Shown piece after piece: positions 49,896 to 63,813 of a stretch of 64,000 nt of DNA (positions within the stretch are counted from its first letter, which is position 1; the number at the start of each line of letters is the position of its first letter). Location: NCBI GenBank assembly GCA_963664405.1, contig OY761158.1, positions 3,808,001 through 3,872,000 of the forward strand. Reading direction: 5' to 3'. The translations under genes were made by a program, and so were the position numbers. This DNA comes from Thermoanaerobaculia bacterium. GTDB lineage: Bacteria > Acidobacteriota > Thermoanaerobaculia > Multivoradales > Multivoraceae. The notes under the pieces were generated by a model that saw only the letters and a program-made list of their open reading frames with translations, searched no databases and had not been told where the DNA came from.

Positions 49896-52684
49896 GCCTG
49901 GCTCTGCACTCGTCGAAGCTTGACGCGGAAGCGGCACCCTTCCGCCACCTCGCCGTTCTCGAGTTGGAGCTCACCGCCGTGCCGTCGGATGATCTCATGA
50001 CTGATCGACAGCCCCAGCCCGCTTCCGCCACTGCTCTGTTTGGTCGAGAAGAAGGGCTCGAAGATGCGCTCCCGTTCAGCGCTGGCGATCCCCGGACCGG
50101 AATCTCTGACGATAACGTTGACAAAGTCGTCGTCTTCTTCGATGTCGACCCTGAGCCGCCCCCCTTCGCCCTTCATCGCTTCAATGGCATTCAGAAAGAG
50201 GTTGGTGAACACTTGCTGAAGCTGGTCGTCGGAGCCTGCTACCACTGAGGCGGCCTCTGGCGCGCGGAGCTCGGCCTCGACCCTGTTTGTTTGCATCTGT
50301 TCCTGGACCAGCTCCAGAGACTCCTCGATCAGCTCGTGCAGATCCACTGGCTCCAAGTCGATCTCTTGATCGCGCGCCAGGCTGAGTAGGCTATTGACGA
50401 TGCGCGAGGCGCGGAAGCTCTGGCGCTCTACCTTGCGGAGCAAGGAATAGCGGGGATCGTCAGGGTCGGTGTCCTGGATCAACATCTGGGCGTAGCTCGA
50501 GATGCCTGTGATCGGCGTATTGACCTCGTGAGCGATGCCCGCGGCCATGACCCCTAGAGCGGCCAGGCGGTCCTTCTCTTTGAGCGCGAGCTCCATGGCG
50601 ACGCGTTCCGTGATGTCATTGGCGACGAGCACGCTGAGGTCGGAGGCCGGTGAGCCGGAGAAGGCCGCGACGCTGATCTGCAGCGAGCGCACCTTTCCCT
50701 GCTCATCCTCGATAGAGAGGTCGACCAGTCCGTCGCTGGGTCGCGGCACTGTAGTGAGCGGCAGGATCTCGAGCAGCTTCTTTCGCCGTAGGGCCCCGGT
50801 TTCGGCGCCGCACAGAGCCGCGAAGGCTATGTTCGCCGAGACTACTCGCCCCATCCCATCGAGTACGGCGATTCCGGCGGGAGAGGCTTCGATGATTCCC
50901 TCGTTGTACTGCTTGAGCCGCCGGACCTCTCTTAGCTGGTTTTGTAATCGGTCGAGAAGATGTGCATTCTCGATGGCGAGCGAGGCCTGGTTCATGAACT
51001 GTCTGACCAGGTCGAGGTCGTCACTCGACAGCGGCACGTCGCCGAAGCGGTGGCTGCACACCAGGGCGCCGACACGCCGGCCGCGGACCGAAAGCGGAAA
51101 GGCGTAGCGGTAACCCTGCATGAAGAGGCGTTGAGCCGGCGATGCGATTGCGTCGGGAAGAGCAACTCCACTCAACTGGCGGTATTCGTCTTGCCAGAAG
51201 CCGGTGTCGAGGAAGTCGGGCAGGATCTCCCCGAGATCCGGCTGTTCTTGGCGAAGGGGAACGAGATGCTCTTCTTCGCTGACCAGCAAGTTTGCGCGCT
51301 CCAGGCTAAGCGCTTCTTCGAGACGCAACAAGAGCTTGTTGGAGAGGCTGGCGAGATCGCGGTCGTGGAGAAGCTCGCGGCCGAGATGGGCGAGAGTTCT
51401 TCGTTTCGCGAAGCTATGGCGATACTGCACCCGTTCGAGAGTGGAGCTGATGCCCTGACGAGCGGGGACGAGCAGGCCGCCCATGACCAGTACAGCGGCG
51501 AGAGAGAGGATGTTGCGTGTGAGGCCCTCGCTTGCGGGTATGCCGCGCTGCACCAGGATCTCTAGGAAAGTGAAGCCGAGGAGCCCGAAGAGCAAGGTCA
51601 AGGTGTAGGTTGCGACATCGCGGGCGATGACCGAGATGTCCCATAGTCGATAGCGGAGAATGGCGTAGGCGAAGGTCAGTGGCACCATCGCCAGTGGTAG
51701 AACGGCCAGAATCTCGAGCGCGGGCGGGCCGTGGAGGCCTAAGGACCAGGGGATCAGGTACAGCACCAGGAATGGCAGATAGCCACCTGCCATGCCAATG
51801 GCGATCCACGCCAGCTGTCGCTTACCCTCGGCCTCCTCTCCCCAATGCAGTCGACCCAAGAGCAGGCCTCCGGCGGCGAACGCAAAGACCACGAAAAGGA
51901 AGAGCTCGACTCGATCCAGTTGCTGGATGATGGTGGCGATCTCGCGGCCTCGAGGAGAGCCGAAGAGCCACTGGCCTCGATTGAAGATGAGGTCGCTCTG
52001 CAGAGCGATCAGGATCGCGGACGGGAGGTATAGAAAAGGTACCAAGCGGGCCACTCGATGCCTGGATGCGAGCTCTTTGGGAAAGGTGATGAAGAAATGA
52101 AGGGTGAGAGCCGGAAGCACGAGCCGCACCGCCTCTTCGAGTACATAGAGTGCTCGTCCAGTGCTATCGACCAGCAGCTGATTCGCCGGTGTTGAGACCA
52201 GGACGTAGAAGCTGGTCGAGACCAGGCACCAAAAGTAGAAGACCAGACTCTGCCGGCGCTCTTCCTTCAGAATGGTGTAGAGGCCGATAAACAGATAGAT
52301 GCCGCCGATCACCGCCTGGATCAGATAGGAGTAGTCGATCTCCAGGGGTGGACGGACATAGCCGAGCGTGAGGGCCTCGTCTCCGCGCATGACCACCACT
52401 TCGGTGCTCGGTTGCGCTCGTAATGTCTCGAGCGCCTGCTGTAACCCTGAAACGGTGTTGCCACCGATGAGGAGAACGCGGTCACCCCGGCGGAGCTGGG
52501 GATGCAAAGCGGGATCAGCGGTTGCGACTAGTAACTGCTCGGCGGGGGCTTCACGTAGGATCAGCCCCGCTGTCTGAAAAGTCGCCAGCTTGCGCTTAAA
52601 GCTGACACCGGCGGTCAGAAGAGTGGCTGCCGCAAGGGCTATAGCCAGCGAGAGGGTTGCTTTGCGACGAAAAGTGGGAGTCAT
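49892..52684 (-). CDS. Multi-pass membrane sensor histidine kinase (PDZ-like, TM, GAF, PAS, HisKA, HATPase)
   Basis: YAILRYRLWD, AGIAHEVNTP, QVFTNLFLNA, DSGPGI, GSGLGL. Confidence 0.92.
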   Translation of the reverse strand: MTPTFRRKATLSLAIALAAATLLTAGVSFKRKLATFQTAGLILREAPAEQLLVATADPALHPQLRRGDRVLLIGGNTVSGLQQALETLRAQPSTEVVVMRGDEALTLGYVRPPLEIDYSYLIQAVIGGIYLFIGLYTILKEERRQSLVFYFWCLVSTSFYVLVSTPANQLLVDSTGRALYVLEEAVRLVLPALTLHFFITFPKELASRHRVARLVPFLYLPSAILIALQSDLIFNRGQWLFGSPRGREIATIIQQLDRVELFLFVVFAFAAGGLLLGRLHWGEEAEGKRQLAWIAIGMAGGYLPFLVLYLIPWSLGLHGPPALEILAVLPLAMVPLTFAYAILRYRLWDISVIARDVATYTLTLLFGLLGFTFLEILVQRGIPASEGLTRNILSLAAVLVMGGLLVPARQGISSTLERVQYRHSFAKRRTLAHLGRELLHDRDLASLSNKLLLRLEEALSLERANLLVSEEEHLVPLRQEQPDLGEILPDFLDTGFWQDEYRQLSGVALPDAIASPAQRLFMQGYRYAFPLSVRGRRVGALVCSHRFGDVPLSSDDLDLVRQFMNQASLAIENAHLLDRLQNQLREVRRLKQYNEGIIEASPAGIAVLDGMGRVVSANIAFAALCGAETGALRRKKLLEILPLTTVPRPSDGLVDLSIEDEQGKVRSLQISVAAFSGSPASDLSVLVANDITERVAMELALKEKDRLAALGVMAAGIAHEVNTPITGISSYAQMLIQDTDPDDPRYSLLRKVERQSFRASRIVNSLLSLARDQEIDLEPVDLHELIEESLELVQEQMQTNRVEAELRAPEAASVVAGSDDQLQQVFTNLFLNAIEAMKGEGGRLRVDIEEDDDFVNVIVRDSGPGIASAERERIFEPFFSTKQSSGGSGLGLSISHEIIRRHGGELQLENGEVAEGCRFRVKLRRVQSQA

Positions 52685-52720
52685 GATCAAAAGGCCCCTA
52701 CATCGGCCACTAGAGGTCAA

Positions 52721-52736
52721 AGCAGGTTTCGTGCCA
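52721..52736 (-). promoter_or_regulatory. Sigma54 (-24/-12) promoter
   Basis: The - strand reads TGGCACGAAACCTGCT = GG-N10-GC, ~37 bp before the kinase ATG. Confidence 0.75.
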
Positions 52737-52798
52737 GCGTGACGGTTTCTTGAATGGGCCGGAGATATCTCTGAAGACGAGAGTTAGGTCGAACTGTT

Positions 52799-52827
52799 CA
52801 TATTTTTGGATGTTGTCCAAAAATATG
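52799..52827. promoter_or_regulatory. Perfect 12-bp inverted repeat, candidate enhancer (UAS)
   Basis: CATATTTTTGGA-tgttg-TCCAAAAATATG; AT-rich in a high-GC context, ~65 bp upstream of the sigma54 box. Confidence 0.6.
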
Positions 52828-52998
52828 GATCCAATGAATAGTGCGTGTGACGCCGGCTCGAGTGCACTCGGAGCCACCTGGAACGGTCCAGACTCCGAAA
52901 GAGGCGTGTCCGGCCAGGGTAGAAGCTACGAACCAGGGCCGAGGTCGCGGGGAGCGACTGTTAGGCTCGAGCGCGCCCTCGGGAGACCGACGCCGCTG

Positions 52999-54864
52999 CT
53001 AGAAGCGAACTGCGATGCCGCCGGCCACGCGGCGGTGCAGATCGTTCTCTTGACTATCAAGAGCGTAAGGCACCGCCCCGCGGCTGAGCTCTATGTTGAG
53101 AAGAAGGGCCCAATCGCTCGCCATTGGCATGAAGAAACCGAGGTCCTGCGTCACTTTGACCTGTAGCTTGTCGACTTCGAGGTCATTTACCTCGAGTCCA
53201 CCGGCGACTGTCGGAGTCAGATGTTGCTCCACACGATGGACTGCCAGAAACAAAGCGGTCTCGGTGCGCTGGAACTTGGTGTCCAGCGAGGTCACCATAT
53301 ATCGAACTTTGTTCTCGTATGAGGTGTGGTTGTCGGTGCGGAAGATGCCTCCGCCTCCCGAGCCCACGTTGGATTCCAGAGTGGCAAGGATTCCACGTGA
53401 GAGCCTGCGAGTGAGAGCTACCTGTAGCTCCGGTAACTGGTCACCGCGGACCAGATAGACACTCTCGATCTGATCGAAGAAGTCCTCGGTGAAGAAGACG
53501 CGAAGAGTATCTCCGATTTCTCTATGGGCGGCTGCCACCTTGAAGACTTCGTCCTTACCGAGCTGACGAGTGAGGCCGACTCGATAGTAATGCTGCTCGG
53601 TGGAGGTGTTGTTTTCGAGATTGCGATAGTGGGCAAGAGAGAAGTTCGGTAGCTTCGGCTCCTCGGAGCTAATACGCTGCCGCACGACCGTCTCAGCCTG
53701 CCACTCTTGGCCAAGGTTCATCACCAAGCCTGCGTGTGGGCTCATCGAGACGCTGCCGTCGAGAAGCGTGGAGAAGAGCCCATACTCGACGAGCAGAGCC
53801 GGGCTCAGCTGGGTGGATGCGATGCCGTAAGCGTTGACTTGCTGGCGTGCGGCGCCCGGTAGCAGGTTGCCGATCTCGGTGTCGGCGATTAGTTCCTGAT
53901 AGCTGACTCCGGTGCGCACGGCCATGCTCTCGCCGATCTCTTGGCTGTAGGAGCCGTCGACCAGCAGAGTGCGCGATGCCAGCGGAACACCCACCGGGCT
54001 CACCATACTCTGAGTGTTGAAGCCACGCTCTTCGATGTACTGGGCAGATACGGCCGAATGCGCTCGCGCACCATGATCCTGCGACCACAGGAATTGATAG
54101 CGATCCATATCGACAGGGCTGCTGTGAAGATAGCTCGAGTCGAGCGAGTGACTGACGGTGTTGAGCTGTATCGATGCGCTGCCCGCTCCTCGCATGCTCA
54201 GCGCTAGTGCGTCAGTCCGGCCGGACGCCCGTCCCTCGGCGGCAGCCGTGAGAGCCTCGGGACGCATTTCGTCAAAGCGCCCGTCTACGCTCAAGCGCAT
54301 GCCTCCGACCTGGCTCTCTACTCCAATGCGGCCATGAGTGACTTGAGACGGACCCGCGTTGGCGTACTTTCTGGTGCCGGCTGTCAGCTCGGTCTCAACC
54401 GAGAATTCGGGCTCGACGACGCCATGGTCTTCGAATGCGGCACCCTCTGCGACTCGGATCTCCCTGAGCACGTCACCGGGGATCTTGCTGCGGATGGACC
54501 AGAAATCGTCTTCCTGGTCGAAGGATGCGTCGGTCTCTTCGCTGAGTCGGAATTCGAGGAAGTCACTGGCCGACTCTGTGGCCCGCGTGAAGAGGACGAT
54601 GGCGGGAACGAAGCCCACCTTGTGGGCAATGACCTTGTACACGCCGGCCGGCAGCGTGCGAAAGAGAAAACGACCGTCACGACTAGTACTGACGCGCGTC
54701 AGGCTGACGTCGTGCGTGCGGTAGGCATAGACCGCCGCGTGCTCCAGCGGGCCCTGGCCGTGCCGGACAACGCCCGACAAACCGGACGCGAGCTCGTGGT
54801 CGGTGGCTGCCGATACCGGCAGTCCTCCCAGGAGTACAACTATTAGAAGAGCAACAAAGCGCAT
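52999..54864 (-). CDS. Carboxypeptidase-regulatory-like domain + predicted outer-membrane beta-barrel protein
   Basis: Signal peptide, TSRDGRF.F..LPAGVY.V.A.K.GF, amphipathic strands, C-terminal Phe. Confidence 0.65.
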   Translation of the reverse strand: MRFVALLIVVLLGGLPVSAATDHELASGLSGVVRHGQGPLEHAAVYAYRTHDVSLTRVSTSRDGRFLFRTLPAGVYKVIAHKVGFVPAIVLFTRATESASDFLEFRLSEETDASFDQEDDFWSIRSKIPGDVLREIRVAEGAAFEDHGVVEPEFSVETELTAGTRKYANAGPSQVTHGRIGVESQVGGMRLSVDGRFDEMRPEALTAAAEGRASGRTDALALSMRGAGSASIQLNTVSHSLDSSYLHSSPVDMDRYQFLWSQDHGARAHSAVSAQYIEERGFNTQSMVSPVGVPLASRTLLVDGSYSQEIGESMAVRTGVSYQELIADTEIGNLLPGAARQQVNAYGIASTQLSPALLVEYGLFSTLLDGSVSMSPHAGLVMNLGQEWQAETVVRQRISSEEPKLPNFSLAHYRNLENNTSTEQHYYRVGLTRQLGKDEVFKVAAAHREIGDTLRVFFTEDFFDQIESVYLVRGDQLPELQVALTRRLSRGILATLESNVGSGGGGIFRTDNHTSYENKVRYMVTSLDTKFQRTETALFLAVHRVEQHLTPTVAGGLEVNDLEVDKLQVKVTQDLGFFMPMASDWALLLNIELSRGAVPYALDSQENDLHRRVAGGIAVRF

Positions 54865-54985
54865 CGGTTCACCGAAAGCGTCAGGTGATTATACCGGGGT
54901 CTGACATCACCATCAAATCGAGATATGTCTCTGTTTCCAATACGGCGCTGAAGAGTCCAGGGTTTTCTGCTGGTCGTCTTAGGTC

Positions 54986-55714
54986 TCACTCGCGTCTGTT
55001 CGGCGTCAGCGCCGAGACAGCTGCAGTGATCAGGTCGGCTCCGGCGCTCTTGAGGGTACGACTTGCTGCGTCGAGAGTGGCGCCGGTCGTCGCTACATCA
55101 TCAATCAACAGCACGCGTGCCCCTTGAATTTCCACCCCTCTGCGACAGCGAAAGATGTCTTCAACGTTGGAGCGACGCTCTCTAGCGCCCAGCGTTGTCT
55201 GCGGAGCCGAGGAAGCGGATCGAATCAGCAGCCTGCGGTAGGGCAGCCCGAGCCGCCGGGCGAGGGGCTTGGCGATGAGCTGGGCCTGGTTGTAACCGCG
55301 CTCGAGTCGCCTTCGCCAGTGGAGTGGCACTGCCGTCACAACGTCATGCTCGGTCTCGAGGCCGGGAAGGTCCGCTGCCATCCCGCGCGCCAGGTCGTCG
55401 GCGAGGAACTCGAGACGATGGTACTTGAGGCCACGAATGACTTCGTCGAAGGGAGGCTCGTAGCTCCACTCCGCATGGAGGCCGTCAAAGGCGGGCGGGG
55501 CGAGCCTGCACGCGGCGCAGAGCCAGGCGCCCGGCCTCGTCGAGGCGACCGCGCCACAGAGAGGGCACCGCTCTCGCCGTGGCCGTTTCAGCTTCGCTCG
55601 GCAGGCTCTACAGAGGCACAGTGCCGGGTCTCGTCGAGAGAGGGGCTTCTCGCAACCGAGGCACCAGGCGGGGAGCAGAAAGTGAACCAGATGGTCTAGG
55701 ACGCTGGGGCGCAT
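54986..55714 (-). CDS. comF: ComF family amidophosphoribosyltransferase-like protein
   Basis: Double zinc ribbon (CLGC, CRAC, CPLC, CAAC), VPLH..R..ERGYNQA, LIDDVATTGAT. Confidence 0.9.
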   Translation of the reverse strand: MRPSVLDHLVHFLLPAWCLGCEKPLSRRDPALCLCRACRAKLKRPRRERCPLCGAVASTRPGAWLCAACRLAPPAFDGLHAEWSYEPPFDEVIRGLKYHRLEFLADDLARGMAADLPGLETEHDVVTAVPLHWRRRLERGYNQAQLIAKPLARRLGLPYRRLLIRSASSAPQTTLGARERRSNVEDIFRCRRGVEIQGARVLLIDDVATTGATLDAASRTLKSAGADLITAAVSALTPNRRE

Positions 55715-55828
55715 TCGTGCGTAAGATTCGTAGGACCGCTCCATATGTGTGCGAGCCTTCTTCTGCTCGAAGAAGACGTCTTTCTCTGGGGTAGACTTGC
55801 GCCGGCTTCGGAGCCAGGAGAAAAAAAC

Positions 55829-56368
55829 GTGCGACACAGGCTACCTTTTTATGTCTTTCTGCTTCTTGTTGCTCTAGCGGCCACGGCATCCGCTCAGCCC
55901 TCCAAATCGTTTCGAGCCAGTGCCTTTGTCGGCCTTGGCGGCGGGTTGGATTCGGAGCCGGACAGCGGGGTCGACAACTCTTCCTTTCAACTGGGCTTTT
56001 CCTGGATCGTCGAGCCCGGCGTCCTGGTTGGAGTTCGCTACGGAGAGCTTGGCCTCGACGGCACCGATTTTGTTGGGGATCGAGTCGACTCCGATCTTTC
56101 CTACCTGACAGTTGCCGGTGAGTACCTTTTCAACGATGGCTACTATCAATCGGGCGTCTACATCGGGCTCGGCTTTTACGATCTCGAAACTTCTCGTGGA
56201 CCCTTTGCCGGCTCCGACAGCTCTGTGGGATTGGCGGTAGGCGTGACCGGCGACTTCGAGATCAATCGGCGCTTCTCGGTCCTGCTCGAGTTCTCCGCTC
56301 ACTACGCTGAGCTCGAGCCGACGAGCCTGTTCGCCATGGGCCACGTCGGCGTTGGGTACCACTTTTAG
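55829..56368 (+). CDS. Small outer-membrane beta-barrel protein
   Basis: AGGAG RBS, signal peptide, YIGLG, terminal GVGYHF. Confidence 0.8.
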   Translation: MRHRLPFYVFLLLVALAATASAQPSKSFRASAFVGLGGGLDSEPDSGVDNSSFQLGFSWIVEPGVLVGVRYGELGLDGTDFVGDRVDSDLSYLTVAGEYLFNDGYYQSGVYIGLGFYDLETSRGPFAGSDSSVGLAVGVTGDFEINRRFSVLLEFSAHYAELEPTSLFAMGHVGVGYHF

Positions 56369-56433
56369 GCTTGGTGTGTGCTGAGTACGACGTGAGCCGC
56401 ATCGACTGCCTGAAGCCAAGAGAAGGAGATTCC

Positions 56434-56880
56434 ATGTCACACTTTCTGCGCACCATGGCAGGCTTGCTCCTGGTGCTGGTATTTGCGTTTCTGGGCCCGG
56501 GAAGTATCGCTGAGGAGCCCTCTGCGGGCGCCGTTGGAGAAGTCATTACCACTAAGAGCGGTCTTCAATACGTCGACCTCGTGATCGGAGAGGGCCCGGA
56601 AGTAAGGCGGGGAGACACGGTCCGCGTGCACTACATCGGCAGGCTGGATGACGGCACGGTTTTCGATTCGAGCCGGCCCCGAGGCCAGCCCTTTGCCTTT
56701 CCGGTCGGGCGAGGCAAGGTGATCCGTGGTTGGGACGAAGGTGTGGTCGGCATGCAGATCGGCGGCAAGCGGAAGCTGGTCATCCCATCAAAGCTGGCCT
56801 ACGGCAAGAGTGGCTTTGGTAATGTCATTCCCCCCAACTCCACCCTCACCTTCGAGATCGAGCTGCTCGGTTTGAGCTAG
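56434..56880 (+). CDS. FKBP-type peptidyl-prolyl isomerase, secreted
   Basis: VHYIG.L.DG.VFDSS, VIRGWDEG, IPSKLAYG, IPPNSTL.FEIEL. Confidence 0.95.
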   Translation: MSHFLRTMAGLLLVLVFAFLGPGSIAEEPSAGAVGEVITTKSGLQYVDLVIGEGPEVRRGDTVRVHYIGRLDDGTVFDSSRPRGQPFAFPVGRGKVIRGWDEGVVGMQIGGKRKLVIPSKLAYGKSGFGNVIPPNSTLTFEIELLGLS

Positions 56881-56949
56881 CCGCGGCGGGAAGGCCGACG
56901 GCGATTTCGGGTGGATGCGCTCGCGTGTCGGCGGTACCCTTGCCTCCAA

Positions 56950-57183
56950 GAGGGCAACGTCGAGATCTTTATCAAGATGGTCGATGCCTGCTCTAGCGGT
57001 TTCAACTCATTCTGGGTGTTTGCGGCCGGGGCCACCAATGCCGAGACAGTGATTCTGATCCGGTACACCTGGACCGATCAGGTGTACCGGATCGACAACC
57101 CCAGAGGTGTCGATGTCTTCTTTGCGCCGGATACCCAGGCGTTCAAGACCTGCGATGCTGTGCAGCCGCTGCCGCCGGTGTAA
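56950..57183 (+). pseudogene. Orphan C-terminal fragment paralogous to the 24824-25771 domain
   Basis: EGNVEIFIKMVDACSSGFNSFWVFAAGATN...DTQAFKTC versus EGNLEMLVKVLDACGSSFDSYWVFYAATTN...DTQAFKTC. Confidence 0.75.
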
Positions 57184-58147
57184 TGAGATCCCGCACTTTG
57201 GCTTCGATCCATCGGTATGTCTCAGCTAGCCCGGAGCGCAGTGACCGGGTGGGCCGCCAGCCCAACTGTTCGTGGATGAGGCGATTGTCCGAGCTTCTAC
57301 CGCGGACCCCGAGGGGCCCGGGTATGTGGTCGAGACGGATCGTCTTTTCCGCGATCGATGCGATCGAGAGCGCGAGCTCATTGATCGTGACCTTTTCCGA
57401 GGAGCCGATATTGACCGGCCCGGCAAAATCCGAGCGCATCAATCGGACCGTACCTTCGAGTGCCTCCTCGACATAGAGGAACGATCGCGTCTGGAGGCCG
57501 TCTCCGAAGATCTCGATGCTGTCGCCTTCGGTCGCCTCCGCTACTTTGCGGCAGAGGGCCGCCGGTGCCTTCTCTCGACCTCCGGTCCACGTTCCTTCGG
57601 GTCCGAAGACGTTGTGGTAGCGAGCGACGCGCGCCTCTAATCCGTGATTGCGAGCGAAGGCGAAATAGAGGCGCTCTGAGAAAAGCTTCTCCCAACCGTA
57701 TTCGCTGTCAGGCGCTGCCGGATAGGCCGAGGCTTCGTCGGTTCTGGGGTCATCCGGATCGAGTTGGTTGTGCTCCGGGTAAACGCAGGCGGAAGAGGCG
57801 TAGAAAATCCGTCCCACGTTGCCCGACCTGCGAGCGGCGTCGAGAACGTTGAGGTTGATGAGGGCCGAGTTGTGGAGAATGTCGGCGTCGTTTTCTCCGG
57901 TGAAAATGAACTCGGCGCCGCCCATGTCGGCGGCCAGTTGGTAGACCTCGTCAAAATTCCGGTCGAGCGCCTCCAGCGCTGTGCTTGGGTCTCGCAGGTC
58001 GGCGACAACAAAGTCCTCCGCGGCAGACGGCGAGAAATCGGGTTGCTTCAGGTCGACGCCGCGCACCCAAAAGCCTTCGCCGGCAAGCCTCTTCACCAGA
58101 TGGCTGCCGATGAAGCCACCAGCCCCAAAAACGAGCGCTCTTTTCAT
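57143..58147 (-). CDS. NAD-dependent epimerase (GDP-mannose 3,5-epimerase-like)
   Basis: GAGGFIG, QLAADMGG, SSACVYPE, YGWEK, EKAPAALCRK, GVRGR.SDN. Confidence 0.9.
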   Translation of the reverse strand: MKRALVFGAGGFIGSHLVKRLAGEGFWVRGVDLKQPDFSPSAAEDFVVADLRDPSTALEALDRNFDEVYQLAADMGGAEFIFTGENDADILHNSALINLNVLDAARRSGNVGRIFYASSACVYPEHNQLDPDDPRTDEASAYPAAPDSEYGWEKLFSERLYFAFARNHGLEARVARYHNVFGPEGTWTGGREKAPAALCRKVAEATEGDSIEIFGDGLQTRSFLYVEEALEGTVRLMRSDFAGPVNIGSSEKVTINELALSIASIAEKTIRLDHIPGPLGVRGRSSDNRLIHEQLGWRPTRSLRSGLAETYRWIEAKVRDLITPAAAAAQHRRS

Positions 58148-58250
58148 CGTGCTTCTCCTTGCCCCCGTAGCTCCTCGTGTCCGGCTCGAGCCTCCTTGGG
58201 CGACGCCCCACCCCCGCGGAAATGATAGCCATCATTTCCGGAGGCTAGCG

Positions 58251-61700
<3,450 letters not shown>

Positions 61701-62271
61701 CGTTCGGCCTCTGCGTCGTCTGCGCCGCGCCGCCTGCCCTCCTTTTGTTAGCTCAGTCACGTTTGTTGTGTTGGGCTGCCATCGCTTCTTAGCCTGGCCT
61801 GCAGTTCTCGCGCCGCGGCGCGTAAAGTGGGGGCAAAAGGCTGCCCCGCAATCTGACTCTTGTGTCTTCCCCGAGCTCGGAAGGCCGAAGTGCCTGCGCG
61901 CGGAGACGACACAGGGCCCCCCGTCATGAGAGTCGAGTAGAGCACTTGGCTCGGCGACCCGGCTCCAGCGGAAAACCAACCGCGTGCTGAAGATAACACG
62001 TTAGCTTGCATTTCCGTAGGCTAGATCCAGTCGGAGTCTCCGAACGCGTAGTGGAATCGGAGGTTCCGCCGGCCGAGGAGCGCGTATGAATCGTCAGGAA
62101 GGTAGCCGGGCCGTGATGTCAGTAGCACTCTTGAGCGGGTGTCTACAAAGCCCCGACCGAGGAGGGTGCGCTGCCGCTGCCCGCCCTAGGTGCCAGCCAC
62201 CTCGGAAACGGAAGGAGGTAGCTCAGGGAAGTGTGCAAGGAGATCGCTCGAGAACTCGTCTATAAGAAGAG

Positions 62272-63237
62272 ATGGGACGTGATCTCAGGCACATTCCGCA
62301 GGATCTTCTCGCTTCTTCGGGCCCTCTCGGCCCCTTGATCGAAGTGACGACACGAACCATGCAGGGGCGTCTTCTGCTTCGACCCTCGCCTGCGCTCAGA
62401 GAGATCATCATTGGCATCCTCGCCCGTTCTGCCCGGATGTATAAGGTGTCGGTGGTTGGCTTCGTTTATCTGTCAAACCACTTTCATCTCCTGCTCCGAA
62501 CCCGCGATGTGAGGGAGCTGTCGGCTTTCATGTGTTTTGTCAACGGGAATGTGGCCCGGGAGGCGGCGCGGTTGCATGGCTGGCCTGAGAAGTTTTGGTC
62601 ACGACGCTTCACTGCGATCTTGATCAGTAACGAGGAGGACAAACAACTTGAGAAGCTCCGTTATCTCTTCGCACAGGGCTCCAAGGAGGGTCTGGTTCAG
62701 CACCCCGAGGAATGGCCTGGCGCGAGCTCCGTCCAGGCGCAGATGAGAGGGGAGGGTCTTTCGGGAGTCTGGTTCGATAGGACCGCCGAGGGTGACGCTC
62801 GACGATGCGGACGGAAGCCGAGCAAGTACGAGTTTGCGTCACGGGAGACGTTGAAGCTCTCCCCCCCGCCCGTTTGGGACGGCATTGAGCCGAAGGAGGC
62901 CTGTCGAAGGGTTTGCGAGATGGTCTGCGAGGTCGTAGCCGAGACTAGCGCCGCTCTTCGAGAGCGGGGTGATAGACCTCTGGGGGTTCAAAGGATTCTG
63001 CGCCAGCATCCCCACTCGAGACCGATAGCTCTGAAGCGATCACCCGCGCCCCGTTTCCATGCCTCTAGCTGGGACGTCCGCAAGCGGCTAGAGGAAGCCT
63101 ACAAAGCCTTCCTTGTCGCCTACCGGCAGGCAGCGGCTCAGCTTCGGAGTGGCGAGCTGGGGGTCGAGTTTCCAGCGCAGTGTTTCCCTCCAGCCCTTCC
63201 TTCCGTCAGGGGTCCGACCCTCATCTCAGCTTCCTAG
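62272..63237 (+). CDS. RAYT-like HUH/Y1 transposase (IS200-related)
   Basis: EVTTRT.QGR.LLRP, YLSNHFHLL, KFWSRRF, LRY....KEGLV..P.EWPG. Confidence 0.8.
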   Translation: MGRDLRHIPQDLLASSGPLGPLIEVTTRTMQGRLLLRPSPALREIIIGILARSARMYKVSVVGFVYLSNHFHLLLRTRDVRELSAFMCFVNGNVAREAARLHGWPEKFWSRRFTAILISNEEDKQLEKLRYLFAQGSKEGLVQHPEEWPGASSVQAQMRGEGLSGVWFDRTAEGDARRCGRKPSKYEFASRETLKLSPPPVWDGIEPKEACRRVCEMVCEVVAETSAALRERGDRPLGVQRILRQHPHSRPIALKRSPAPRFHASSWDVRKRLEEAYKAFLVAYRQAAAQLRSGELGVEFPAQCFPPALPSVRGPTLISAS

Positions 63238-63297
63238 TTCCGAGTCGAAGGAACGACAAGGGGATGTGGGAGGCTCAGCTCCATTCGAAGGCGATCC

Positions 63298-63813
63298 TTA
63301 CTCAGACACCGTGATGCTTACCATGCGGATCGGGCTGGCGGGCCGATCGCTGCCATCGGTGGGCGTGGATTCGATCTTCTGGACCACGTCCGCTCCCGCG
63401 GTGACCTTGCCGAAGACCGGGTGCTTGGATGGGCCCGGTGAGAACCAGTCGAGGTGAGCGTTGTGGACAGTGTTGACAAAGAATTGAGAACCACCACTGT
63501 TCGGTTGGCCGGTGTTCGCCATCGATAGCGTAAACGGTTCGTTGGAGATCTGGTGCTCGGCCGGGTGCTCATCGGCAATGGTACCGCCCGGGGGGCCGCC
63601 CGTGCCGGCGCGCGGACTGCGGGGGTCGCTGCTGAAGGGGCAGCCGAACTGCAGCATGAATCCGTTGATCACTCGGTGAAAGTGAAGCCCGTCGTAGAAG
63701 CCCGATTTGGCCAGCTCGACGAAGTTAGCGGCGGTAATTGGCATCTGGTCGGCGTAGATCTCGGCCTCGAAGGTGCCCAAAGACGTCTCGAAAGTGGCTG
63801 TTGGATTTGACAT
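63298..63813 (-). CDS. Cyclophilin-type peptidyl-prolyl isomerase
   Basis: [38 protein letters not shown]. Confidence 0.95.
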   Translation of the reverse strand: MSNPTATFETSLGTFEAEIYADQMPITAANFVELAKSGFYDGLHFHRVINGFMLQFGCPFSSDPRSPRAGTGGPPGGTIADEHPAEHQISNEPFTLSMANTGQPNSGGSQFFVNTVHNAHLDWFSPGPSKHPVFGKVTAGADVVQKIESTPTDGSDRPASPIRMVSITVSE

